Part shown: positions 43,162 to 54,500 of the stretch, piece after piece
Layout: the number at the start of each line of letters is the position of its first letter
Position numbering within the stretch: the first letter of the stretch is position 1
Source: Chrysemys picta bellii
Taxonomy: Eukaryota
Reading direction: 5' to 3'
NCBI RefSeq assembly: GCF_011386835.1
Contig: NC_088807.1
Location: forward strand, 23,746,001-23,810,000
DNA length: 64,000 nucleotides
Position numbers and translations under genes: made by a program
The notes under the pieces: generated by a model
What the model was told of the DNA's origin: nothing
Database searches by the model: none
Seen by the model: only the letters and a program-made list of their open reading frames with translations

Positions 43162-45995
43162 TCACACCTGGGTCACCAAACCCCGGTTCGGTTGCTGGGT
43201 CTCCAGCAGGACCGGCTGGCTGCTGGCCGAGGCCACCATCCCGTCCAGGAGCCGGGAGCTGGGCAGCGCCAGGGCCCCATCTCCACAGTATGTCTCCTCC
43301 TTCCCGCAGGCCTTCTCCTGGCGGGCGGTCAGCAACGGGGAGGGCAGGCGGCCAGGGCAGCCGGCCACGTGGGTGTACTGGCCCTGCTCCTCGCCTTCCG
43401 TCTCCCGGTGGTAGAAGTAGGAGAAGTTGGAGACGATGACGGGCACCGGGAGGGAGATGGTGAGGACCCCGGCGATGGCACACAGCGAGCCCACAATCTT
43501 CCCGCCCACCGTCACGGGGGACATGTCCCCATAGCCCACCGTGGTCATGGTGACCACGGCCCACCAGAAGGCCTCGGGGATGCTGGTGAAGTTGGTCTCG
43601 GCGTGGTCGGCCTCGGCGAAGTAGACGGCGCTGGAGAAGAGGATGACGCCGATGAAGAGGAAGAAGATGAGCAAGCCCAGCTCCCGCATGCTGGCCTTCA
43701 GCGTCTGGCCCAGAATCTGCAGCCCCTTGGAGTGGCGCGAGAGCTTGAAGATACGGAAGACCCTGACCAGCCGGATGACGCGGAGGATGGCCAGCGACAT
43801 GGCCGGCTGGCCTACCCCCCGCTGCCGGGCGAACTCCGTGCCCAGCGCCACGAAGTAGGGGATGATCGCCACGAAGTCGATCATGTTCATGATGTCCTTG
43901 AAGAAGGCCGGCTTGCTGGGGCTGGCCAGGAACCGCACCGCCAGCTCGAAGGAGAACCAGCAGATGCAGATGGTCTCCACGATGAAGAAGGGGTCATCCA
44001 GCTGGCTCTTGGGGGTGTGCACGTGGCTGCTGTTGGCCCGGTGATGGGGGACCTGGCGGGGACACGTGATGGAGGAAGGGGTCAGGGGGAAACCCAGCTG
44101 GGGAGGCAGTCTGGCCCCACGGGGAGGAGGTGGCATGCAGCCCAGGTCATCCCCGCCTCCCCGCAGGGAATCCCCCGCCACCCCCCCAGCAGCGTCAGCA
44201 AATTTACATGAATTATCCGCCCCCGCCAGGCGCCAGCAGCCTGGGAGCGAGGTGGGGGGAGGTCACCCAGCCCAGGGGGTGGGAGGGGGCAGAGGGGGCT
44301 GGGTGGCTGGCACCGCACAGGGCTGATAATCTGCAGGCTGCTCCTGGACAGGGCCCACACAGCCAGGCCAGTCAGCACCATCCCTGACCCAGTCTGCCAG
44401 GAACCAGGCCCCCCGCAAGCAGGCCGCGCTCCGGGGCTCTCACCCAGCTCTGGGGGGGGAGTTGCAGGGGGTGCTGGCATTTTAGGGGTCCCCCTTTCCT
44501 CCCACCCACCGGCAGCGAGATGTCCGTCTTGTCCCAGAACTCGAACAGGATCTCCAGGCAGAGGGGAGGCTGGGTTGGGGTTGGTGGTGGGGTGAAGGGA
44601 ACGCAGGGCCGGGAAGGGGGCGCACAGCAGGGTGGTGGAGCCGCGGGGCCGGGCAGCGGGTGCACAGCAGGGCAGGGGAGCCGCGGGGGGGGCAGCGGGT
44701 GCACAGCAGGGCGGAGGAGCCGCGGGGGGGCCAGCGGGTGCACAGCAGGGCAGGGGAGCCGCGGGGGGGCAGCGGGCACACAGCAGGGCGGTGGAGCCCA
44801 GGGCTGGGCAGCGGGCGCCCAGCAGTGCGGTGGAGCTGCGGGAGCGGCAGCGGGCACACAGCAGGGCAGGGGACACAGAGCAGGGCAGGGGAGCCGCAGG
44901 GGGGGCAGTGGGCACACAGCAGGGCGGTGGAGCCGTAGAGCCGGGCAGGGGGCACACAGCAGGGCAGGGGGCACACAGCAGGGCAGGGGAGCCGCAGGGG
45001 GGGCAGTGGGCACACAGCAGGGCGGTGGAGCCGCGGCGGGGGCAGCCGGCGCACAGCAGTGTGGTGGAGCTGCCGAGCCGGGCAGCGGGCACACAGCAGG
45101 GCGGTGGAGCCGTGGGGGGGCAGCGGGCACACAGCAGGGCAGCAGAGCTGCGGGGGGGCAGCGGGCACACAGCAGGGCGGCAGAGCCGCGGGGGAGGGCA
45201 GCGGGCACACAGCAGGGCAGCAGAGCTGCGGGGGGGGGCAGTGGGCACACAGCAGGGCGGCAGAGCCGCGGGGGGGGGCAGCGGGCACACAGCAGGGCAG
45301 CAGAGCTGCGGGGGGGGCAGCGGGCACACAGCAGGGCGGCAGAGCCGCGGGGGGGGGGCAGCGGGCACACAGCAGGGCGGTGGAGCCACAGGGCCGGGCC
45401 CGCGGCCCCCCTCGCTCACCGGCAGCGACATGTCCCGCTCATCCCGGAACTCGGGCAGCGTCTCGAGGCAGAAGATGACGATGGAGATGAGGATGACCAG
45501 CACGGAGATGATGGCGATGATGCGGGCGGCCTGCGAGCTCTCCGGGTACTCGAAGAGCAGCCAGACCTGCTTGAGGAACTCGGGCCCGGGCAGCGGGCGC
45601 TGCTCCTCCGTGACGAAGCCCTCGTCTTCCCGGAACTTGCTGAGCGCCTCCTCGCCCAGCTGGTAGAACTTCAGCTCCTCCAGGAAGATGTCGAGAGGGA
45701 CGTTGGCGGGGCGCCGCAGCCGCCCGCCCGACTGGTAGTAGTAGAGGATGGAGTCGAAGCAGGGCCGGCTGCGGTCAAAGAAGAACTCGCCCCGCAGTGG
45801 GTCGTAGTAGCGGAGCCGGCGCCGGGGGTCGCCCAGCAGGGTGTTGGGGAACCGGAGCAGGGTCCTGGCCTGGGTCTCGAACCGCAGCCCCGCCACGTTG
45901 ATCACCACCCGCTCGCAGCAGTCCCGGCGCAGGCACGGGACGTAGGGGCCGGGCACCTCGGCGGGTCCCCCCGCTGGCAGCGCCGGCTTCTCCAT
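43162..45995 (-). CDS. KCNA7: Voltage-gated potassium channel Kv1.7 (488 aa), 2 coding exons
   Basis: Exon 1 45995-45420 (MEKPALP…, T1 domain [16 protein letters not shown]1, …DMSLP|gtgag). Exon 2 44052-43162 (S2-S6, S4 [18 protein letters not shown], filter TVGYGD, PVPVIV, C-terminal VTQV*). An intron in the S1-S2 loop and the synteny identify KCNA7 among Kv1 genes. Confidence 0.96.
44510..44569 (-). other. Diverged duplicate of the KCNA7 exon 1 3' end inside the intron; candidate 60-nt cassette exon
   Basis: cccag|CCT CCC CTC TGC CTG GAG ATC CTG TTC GAG TTC TGG GAC AAG ACG GAC ATC TCG CTG CCG|gtggg. It matches the exon 1 end at 42 of 54 nt and 11 of 18 aa. Confidence 0.7.
44630..45390. repeat. 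~39-bp GC-rich minisatellite in the KCNA7 intron
   Basis: gcagcgggcacacagcagggcggcagagccgcggggggg units. Confidence 0.9.
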
Positions 45996-46099
45996 GGCGG
46001 GGGAGGTCAGGGCCCGGCGACGGTGGCCATGGGCCGGGACGGGGGGGTTCCCCACCGTGGGTGCCCCTGCTTTGCTCTCCACTGATTCGTTCCCTCCCT

Positions 46100-46440
46100 C
46101 ACACCGTGTTCCCACCTCCCTTGGCCCCAATTCGCTTCCCCTTTCCTGCACTCAGCCCGTACCCCCTCCTCCAGCCCCTATTCGGTCCCCCCTTCTCACA
46201 CTCAGCCCGTACCCCCTCCTCCGGCTCCGATTCACTCCCCCCTTCCCACGCTCAGCCTGTACCCCCTCTTCCAGCCCCGATTCGCTCCCCCCTTCCCACG
46301 CTCAGCCAGTACCCCCTCCTCTGGCCCTGATTCGCTCCCCCCTTCCCACGCTCAGCCCGTACCCCCTCTTCTGGCCCCGATTCGCTCCCCCCTTCCCACG
46401 CTCAGCCTGTACCCCCTCCTGCTCCGGCCCTGATTCGTTC
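46100..46440. repeat. ~60-bp pyrimidine-rich tandem repeat upstream of the KCNA7 ATG
   Basis: gattcgctcccccttcccacgctcagcc(c/t)gtacccc units. Confidence 0.8.
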
Positions 46441-47724
46441 CCACATTCACACCATATCTCCCCCCACATACACTCTCTTCTATTCTCACCCTTTCTTTTC
46501 TGCTCTGACAATTCCCTGCACCCCTCTTCTGCACCCCCCCGGCCCACCCTGCCTTCTGAGCCCAGGATCTGTCTGTCCGTCCGTCCCTGAGGCCAAGGGC
46601 CGGGATCTCTGGCTGTAAACACGTTCCCAGCCCGGGGAGGTGTCATGTTCTCAGGACAGCTCTGACTTCCAGCGCCCCTGTGCCAAACCCCAGTGCCCGC
46701 CCCTACCCCGCTGCCCCTTCGGCTCCGAGGGCACTAAAAATAACAGGGGGCAGACAGCTCCCAGGGATGATATGGAGGCAGGGGGTGGGAGCCGGGGCTC
46801 CTGGGTTCTATTCCCAGTTCTGAGAGGGGAGGGGAGTCTAGTGGTTAGAGCAGGGGGCTGGGAGCCAGGACTTCTGGGTTCTATCCCTGGCTCTGAGAGG
46901 GGAGAGGGGTCTAGTGGTTAGAGCGGGGGGGCTGGGAGCCAGGACTCCTGGGTTGTAACCCTGGCTCTTGGAGGGGAGTGGGGTCTAGTGGTTAGAGCAG
47001 GGGGGCTGGAAGCTAGGACTTCTGGGTTCTAGTCCCGCCATTTGTAAAATCAGAGAATAATTAACAAGCATAAAACTGAGATGCCAACGCCCAAGGGGAT
47101 GAGCGCTTCCCTTTGGGGCGTCTCCCTCTGGGCCTCCTGTTCCTGGATTCGAATGGAAGCTCGTTAACCGAGATGGGGTTAATTAATCTAGTGTCAGGAG
47201 GAGAGAGGTAATCACGCCCAAGTAACAAAGCGTTAGGGATCAAGAGATAACTGTGTAATAAGAAAATAATCTGTTAATAGGTATGACATAAGTGCCCAGG
47301 AATGGCTGGTGTTAACCTGCCTGGAGAGAGTGGGGGTGTGATCAACAGAGTTAATTAATTTATTAATTAGTGGGGTGTCTTCTGCCCTTACCTGAATTAT
47401 AGGGACTGTGCCAGCTTCCCTGTGTGTATGCAATACACCAGGCTCTAACCATTAGACCCCACTCCCCTCCCAGAGCCGGGGAGAGAACCCAGGCGTCCTG
47501 GCTCCCAGCCCCCCTGCTCCAACCACTAGACGCCTGTCCTCTCCCTGAGGAGAGAACCCAGGAGTCCTGCTCTAACACGCCCGACATCCCTCACCACCTC
47601 ACACTCCCATCCCTGGTCCTTCTCCTAGTCCTGTTGGGTTTCTGTCCAGGGGCGTCTGTGCCCCTCACACAGCCTACCAGCGCCATCTGCTGCTCCTCTG
47701 TGGGCATCTCTGCTCCAGATCCAT

Positions 47725-49882
47725 CTGCGGTGCCAGGCCTGGGGCGTACGGGCCCCCGGTGACCCTGCGGTGCCAGGCCTGGGGCGTACGGCCCCCCGGA
47801 GACCCTGCGGTGCCAGGCCTGGGGCGTACGGCCCCCCGGTGACCCTGCGGTGCCAGGCCTGGGGCCTACGGGCCCCCGGTGACCCTGCGGTGCCAGGCCT
47901 GGGGCGTACGGGCCCCTGGTGACCCTGCGGTGCCAGGCCTGGGGCGTACGGCCCTCCCGACCCTGCGGTGCCAGGCCTGGGGCGTACGGGGCCCCCGGTG
48001 ACCCTGCGGTGCCAGGCCTGGGGCGTACGGGCCCCCGGTGACCCTGCGGTGCCAGGCCTGGGGCGTACGGGCCCCCGGTGACCCTGCGGTGCCAGGCCTG
48101 GGGCGTACGGGCCCCCGGAGACCCTGCGGTGCCAGGCCTGGGGCGTACGGGCCCCCGGTGACCCTGCGGTGCCAGGCCTGGGGCCTACGGGGCCCCCGGT
48201 GACCCTGCGGTGCCAGGCCTGGGGCGTACGGGCCCTCCCGACCCTGCGGTGCCAGGCCTGGGGCGTATGGGCCCCTGGTAACCCTGCGGTGCCAGGCCTG
48301 GGGCGTACGGGCCCCCCGGTTACCCTGCGGTGCCAGGCCTGGGGCGTACGGGCCCCCGGTGACCCTGCGGTGCCAGGCCTGGGGCGTACGGGCCCCTGGT
48401 GACCCTGCGGTGCCAGGCCTGGGGCGTACGGCCCTCCCGACCCTGCGGTGCCAGGCCTGGGGCGTACGGGGCCCCCGGTGACCCTGCGGTGCCAGGCCTG
48501 GGGCGTACGGGCCCCCGGTGACCCTGCGGTGCCAGGCCTGGGGCGTACGGGCCCCCGGTGACCCTGCGGTGCCAGGCCTGGGGCGTACGGGCCCCCGGTG
48601 ACCCTGCGGTGCCAGGCCTGGGGCGTACGGGCCCCCGGTGACCCTGCGGTGCCAGGCCTGGGGCGTACGGCCCCCCGGTGACCCTGCGGTGCCAGGCCTG
48701 GGGCGTACGGGCCCCCCGGTAACCCTGCGGTGCCAGGCCTGGGGCGTACGGGCCCCCCGGTTACCCTGCGGTGCCAGGCCTGGGGCGTACGGGCCCCCGG
48801 TGACCCTGCGGTGCCAGGCCTGGGGCGTACGGCCCCCCGGAGACCCTGCGGTGCCAGGCCTGGGGCGTACGGGCCCCCGGTGACCCTGCGGTGCCAGGCC
48901 TGGGGCGTACGGGGCCCCCGGTGACCCTGCGGTGCCAGGCCTGGGGCGTACGGGGCCCCCGGTGACCCTGCGGTGCCAGGCCTGGGGCGTACGGGCCCTC
49001 CCGACCCTGCGGTGCCAGGCCTGGGGCCTACGGGGCTCCCGGTGACCCTCCGGTGCCAGGCCTGGGGCGTACGGGGCCCCCGGTGACCCTGCGGTGCCAG
49101 GCCTGGGGCGTACGGGCCCTCCCGACCCTGCGGTGCCAGGCCTGGGGCGTACGGGCCCCCGGTGACCCTGCGGTGCCAGGCCTGGGGCGTACGGGCCCCC
49201 GGTGACCCTGCGGTGCCAGGCCTGGGGCGTACGGGGCCCCGGTGACCCTGCGGTGCCAGGCCTGGGGCCTACGGGGCCCCGGTGACCCTGCGGTGCCAGG
49301 CCTGGGGCGTACGGGGCCCCCGGTGACCCTGCGGTGCCAGGCCTGGGGCCTACGGGGCCCCCGGTGACCCTGCGGTGCCAGGCCTGGGGCCTACGGGGCC
49401 CCCGGTGACCCTGCGGTGCCAGGCCTGGGGCGTACGGGGCCCCGGTGACCCTGCGGTGCCAGGCCTGGGGCGTACGGGCCCCCGGTGACCCTGCGGTGCC
49501 AGGCCTGGGGCGTACGGGCCCCCGGTGACCCTGCGGTGCCAGGCCTGGGGCGTACGGGGCCCCCGGTGACCCTGCGGTGCCAGGCCTGGGGCGTACGGGC
49601 CCTCCCGACCCTGCGGTGCCAGGCCTGGGGCGTACGGGCCCTCCCGACCCTGCGGTGCCAGGCCTGGGGCGTACGGGCCCCCGGTGACCCTGCGGTGCCA
49701 GGCCTGGGGCGTACGGGGCCCCCGGTGACCCTGCGGTGCCAGGCCTGGGGCGTACAGGCCCCCGGTGACCCTGCGGTGCCAGGCCTGGGGCGTACGGGCC
49801 CCCGGTGACCCTGCGGTGCCAGGCCTGGGGCGTACGGGCCCCCGGTGACCCTGCGGTGCCAGGCCTGGGGCGTACGGGGCCC
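47725..49882. repeat. Homogeneous ~40-bp CpG-rich VNTR (about 54 copies) between the KCNA7 and SNRNP70 starts
   Basis: Unit ggtgaccctgcggtgccaggcctggggcgtacgggccccc, head-to-tail with no spacers. Confidence 0.97.
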
Positions 49883-49939
49883 TGCCCTCGGGCGGAGGAG
49901 GCTGTATCCCAAGCCCAGCTGGGGTCAGAGTCGTTACCC

Positions 49940-50600
49940 AGCTGCTATGGCGCGGGTCAGGGGCCATATCCCTGGTTGCTATGGAGCACGTCTGGATCAT
50001 CAGCATGAGGGTGAGTATTATGGTCTGCCTTCCCCATGTTCAGGCTGCTATGGCACAGGTCGAGGTCATGGGCCCAGTTTGCCATGGCGCAGCTCAGGGG
50101 CCATATTCCTGGTTGCTATGGCACAGGTCAGAGGTCATGGCCTGGTTGCTATGGCGCAGGTTGGGGGTCATGGGCCCGGTTGCTATGGGGCAAGTCAAGG
50201 TCATGGCCCCAGTTGCTATAGCGCAGGTCAGAGGTCATGGCCTGGTTGCTATGGTGCAGGTCGGGAGTCATGGGCCCAGTTGCTATGAGGCAAGTCAAGG
50301 TCATGGGCCCAGTTGCTAATCATGGGCCCAGTTGCTATGGGGCAAGTTGAGGTCATGGGCCTGGTTGCTATGGCGCAGGTCGGGGGTCATGGGCCCAGTT
50401 GCTATGGCGCAGGTCTGGGGGTCATGGCCCTGTTGCTATGGCGCAGGTCTGGGGGTCATGGCCCTGTTGCTATGGAGCAGGTCAGGGGTCATGGGCCCGG
50501 TTGCTATGGGGCAACCTATGCTGAGGGTGAGTATTATGGTCTGCCTTCCCCATTTTCACACTGCTATGGTGCAGGTCAGAGGTCATGGCCCGGTTGCCAT
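49940..50600. repeat. Degenerate ~34-bp tandem repeat
   Basis: ttgctatggcgcaggtcgggggtcatgggcccag variants. Confidence 0.8.
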
Positions 50601-50619
50601 AGCGCAGGTCGGGGGCGAG

Positions 50620-50856
50620 TATTATGGTCTGCCCCTGCCCCGCGCTCGGGCACTACTTTCCCTGCCGGCGGCGGAGGGATCATCCCGCCGATGGGGGCGG
50701 GGAGGCTGCGCGGTCTCGCGCCTCCTTCCCCCGCCCCCGAGCGAGTCCCGGCGGCGCAGGGATCCGGACGCAGTGACGGGGCTGCGCATGCGCAGAGCGG
50801 GCAGGGAGCAGGCCCCGACCAGGCGGCAGCGGGAGGAGCCGAGCGCGGCGCGGCCG
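50620..50856 (+). promoter_or_regulatory. SNRNP70 CpG-island promoter and non-coding exon 1
   Basis: CpG-dense region with a gcgcatgcgc palindrome (NRF1-like) at ~50784-50793 and a donor ccg|gtgag at 50857. Confidence 0.6.
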
Positions 50857-51552
50857 GTGAGCGAAGGGCGGGGGGGGGTCACGCGGCGCCCCGGGAGCGA
50901 GCGGGGGGAGGGGTGTGGGGCAGCCTGCGGGGGGGGCAGTGGGGGGAGCTGGGCGCGGGGGGGTCCGGGCAGCCCCGGGGGGGGGCAGCTGGGGGGAGGG
51001 GCTGGGAACGGGGGGGGCGAGAGTCAATGGCCACAGGGGCTTGAGGTGAGCAGTGGGGGCTATGGGGGGGCGGGGCTGTGGGGGGAGCTGGGGCCGGGGG
51101 GGCAGCAGGAGGCTCTAGGGGGAGGGGGGCCTGTGCGCGAGCTGGGGGAGGCCCAGGGGGAGCAGTGGGGGGGAGGGGTTGGAGTGAGGGGGGAGGGTGT
51201 GCCAAGGGGTGTGGGGGATGTGTGGGGGGGCAGAGTCCAGAAGTAACAGTAGGGGGTGGACCAGGGGGGTTACCCCAGGAGCGTGGGGGGGGGGCATGAG
51301 GAACCCTATGGTGGGGGGAGCAGAAGAAGAACATGGGTTGCCCAGGAACTGGCTGCTTCCATGGGGGAGATGGGGGGGGGGGGGGGCTGCTGGGAAGCAG
51401 AACCCCACAAAAGGAGGAGGGAGGGGCTTAGCTGCCCCCTAAGTTGGCAGCGCTTGGAGGGGGTGTGACCCCACACACTTGGGGGGGGCGGGGATGCACT
51501 TGTTGTGGGATCTAACGATCTGGCATCTCCTCCCCCCAGCAGATTTCCCAAG

Positions 51553-54500
51553 ATGACGCAGTTCCTGCCCCCCAACCTGCTGGCGCTCTTCGCCCCCCGA
51601 GACCCCATCCCTTACCTGCCCCCTCTGGAGAAGCTGCCCCATGAGAAACACCACAACCAGCCCTACTGCGGCATCGCGCCGTACATCCGGGAGTTCGAGG
51701 TGAGCTCGGCCTCCCCAGCAGGGCGGCGCTGGCTGGAGGGGGGGGGGGGAGAGCTGCTTGCCTCATCACCTCTGTTCTCTGCTCCAAAGCCGCCAGGCTC
51801 CCCCCCCCCCCTTCCGCCCATCTCTGTGCCACCCACCCGCCTGATGTCCTGCTAACGCGCTTCTCTCCCCCGCCCAGGACCCACGCGATGCCCCTCCACC
51901 CACCCGCGCTGAGACCCGTGAGGAGCGCATGGAGCGGAAGGTACGGCTCTCTGCCAGCATGGGGGTCAGCCCATCCTTCTAGGGACCTGGGCAACTGGGG
52001 GATGTTGTCTGCGTGCGCCCCCCAGATAGCCAGCTCTGGACTGTGTGGGGAAGGGGCAAGCTGGGGAGGCGCTCTGCTGCAAGATACCCAAGGGAGAACA
52101 GAAGAGAATCCCTTCTCCCATATAGTCTGGTGATTGACTCTTGGGGCTGGGAGCCAGGACTCCTGGGTCCTCTCCCCGGCTCTGAGAGGGGAGTGGGGTC
52201 TAGTGGTTAGAGCGGTGGGGGGAGGGGGGAGCTGGGAGTTCTCTCCCCGGCTCTGGGAGGGGAGCAGGGAAGGATTTGGCAGCCAGGACTCCTGGGTTCT
52301 CTCGCTGGTAATTCTGTCACTAACTCCCTGTGTGAACTTCGCGGGGAGTGCCTGGGTGTCCCCATCTGTGAATTGGGGGTAACGGCCCTGTGGAAGGCAG
52401 TGAGGACGAAGCAGTGAGTGCAGTGGTGCTTTGAGAGCCTCAGGGGTGCTAGTGACGGAGAGCCCCCCTGGAATCCTGTCCTGGGGTCCCTCTCTGGAGA
52501 GTCGCTGCCAGGAGTCCAGAGCCCGTCACCCCTTCCCTTTCCTTCCCGCAGAGACGAGAGAAGATTGAGCGGAGGCAGCAGGAGGTGGAGAACGAGCTGA
52601 AGATGTGTGAGTGTGGGGGGGCTATCACCATGGGGGGCGGGGGATTGATCTAACTCCCACCTGCTGGGAACGTCTGGGAGGGTGAACGTGGGCTGGGGGG
52701 GCATCAGCCTTTGCTGTTTCCACGTGCCTAGCCCTGTTCTCTCCCCATCCAGGGGACCCGCACAACGACCCCAACGCCCAGGGAGACGCTTTCAAAACCC
52801 TCTTCGTGGCTCGAGTGGTAAGTTCCCTCCTGCTGCCTGGGAGCCCCTTCCCGGGGCACCTGCTTCTACCCCCCACCTGCCCGCCAGCAGCAGCTGGTTC
52901 ACCAGCCTGTCTTCTGCCCCGCAGAACTACGACACGACAGAATCCAAGCTCAGAAGAGAGTTCGAGGTCTATGGCCCCATCAAACGGGTAAGAGGCATTT
53001 CCCCCTCCCCTCCCCCCGGCACAACTGGCCAGATGTGGGCTGGGTTTTCCCTTCCTGTGAAGGATCAACTACAGCTGGAGATGGGACACGGGCCGGGGTG
53101 AACCACTGCTCTGAGGTGGTCCCCAGTCCCCTTGCTGTCTAGCTGGTGGGGCCTGTTCATATGCTCAGGGTCTAACTGACCCCCAGGTTTCGGGTTGGGA
53201 AGTTTCCCCCTGGGTCTGCTTGACAGGGCCCTTGTGGGGTTTCACACGGGTGAAGGGTGTTCCTGGCTCTCCCTAACCTGGTGGTGCCCTGTTGGGACCA
53301 GGCTACCCCCTGGCCAGGAAGGCTCTGATGAGGCTGCCATCTTGGTGTGTCAGACCCCAATCGGTGCATGAGCGCCCCCTGCTGGTCTGCGGCGAGTTAA
53401 CCAGCACAACGAAAGGTGCTGTGGGACAGTGGCTTGTGTCAGACTGAAGCCGGGGCTAAGCAGTGCGCGCGTGTGTGGGAGGGGCCGCGTCTGGGTCATT
53501 AACCTGCCCCCCACCCTCCCCAGATCTACATGGTGTACAGCAAGCGTTCCGGAAAGCCGCGCGGCTACGCCTTCATCGAGTATGAACACGAGCGAGACAT
53601 GCACTGTAAGTACCGCCCCAGCCCGGGCCTCTTTGCCTCTCCCTAAAGCGCATGTTTTCCATCTCCGTGCCGGCCCGCTCCCGGAGGTAAGTAACGGAGC
53701 GCAGGGCCGGCGCGGGGCCAGCGCAAACCCAGGTTCCATTATTCTGCTCCCTCCCCCCCACGGAGCTCGACGTGAACGCCGGAGGCGGGGCTGGGGGCTG
53801 GCCATCAGAGGGTTAACGCCGAGGTGACCCCCGCAGGTGGGGTGCCCCTCCCTCCCGTAACTGCAGATTAATGTAATCAGGGCGCTGCTGGTCGTGGCGT
53901 GTGAGTGAGAGGGTGCGTGTGCTCCGACGGGCTCAGCGCTGTGTGTGTCCCCCCCCCCCTCCGAACCACTGAGCGTCACGAGCTGCCCCCACCCCAGGGC
54001 TGAGCCCAGAAGCGGCGAAGCTGCGGGAGCGGCTCGGCTCCAGTGTGTGGGGGGGGGCAGGTGCGTCTTGGCTCTAGTGACTGTTGTGAAGGATGCCGGC
54101 GGGAGAGGGGTGTATTAATTCTGTGTTCTTATTGTCACTGCAGCCACCTTTCTCATGGCTATTGCCACTGCTGGCTTGCAGCTGATGCTAATGCTCCCCC
54201 CATACAACACCTCAGTGTATGGTTGGTATAAGGGTTTGTATGTTGGTAAGATTTCACAGCACCCCTACACCTATACACGAGCCAGGCCCCGGCAGCGGCA
54301 GGCACCTAGCGTGGTCAGAGCAGCTCCCGGTGGGGGTGGGGACCGGAGACGCTTGCTCTCTCGTCCGGCTTCCACTCTCTTGCCGGGCGGAGACCGGACG
54401 GGGGGGGGCGCAGGCTCCGAATTCCCGCCGGAGGTAGCGAGGGGACGTCACCCTGGGTAGGGCGCTTCCCCGCAGCGGACGAAGCAGGACTCGAATATGT

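Noticed and set aside
44082-46151. 689-aa ORF as a novel long Kv1.7 protein
   Set aside because: It is KCNA7 exon 1 reading on through a stop-free GC minisatellite intron. The extension is low-complexity and lacks S2-S6.
47725-49882. CRISPR-like array of ~40-bp palindromic repeats
   Set aside because: Units are head-to-tail with no unique spacers, there are no cas genes, and the context is vertebrate. It is a VNTR.
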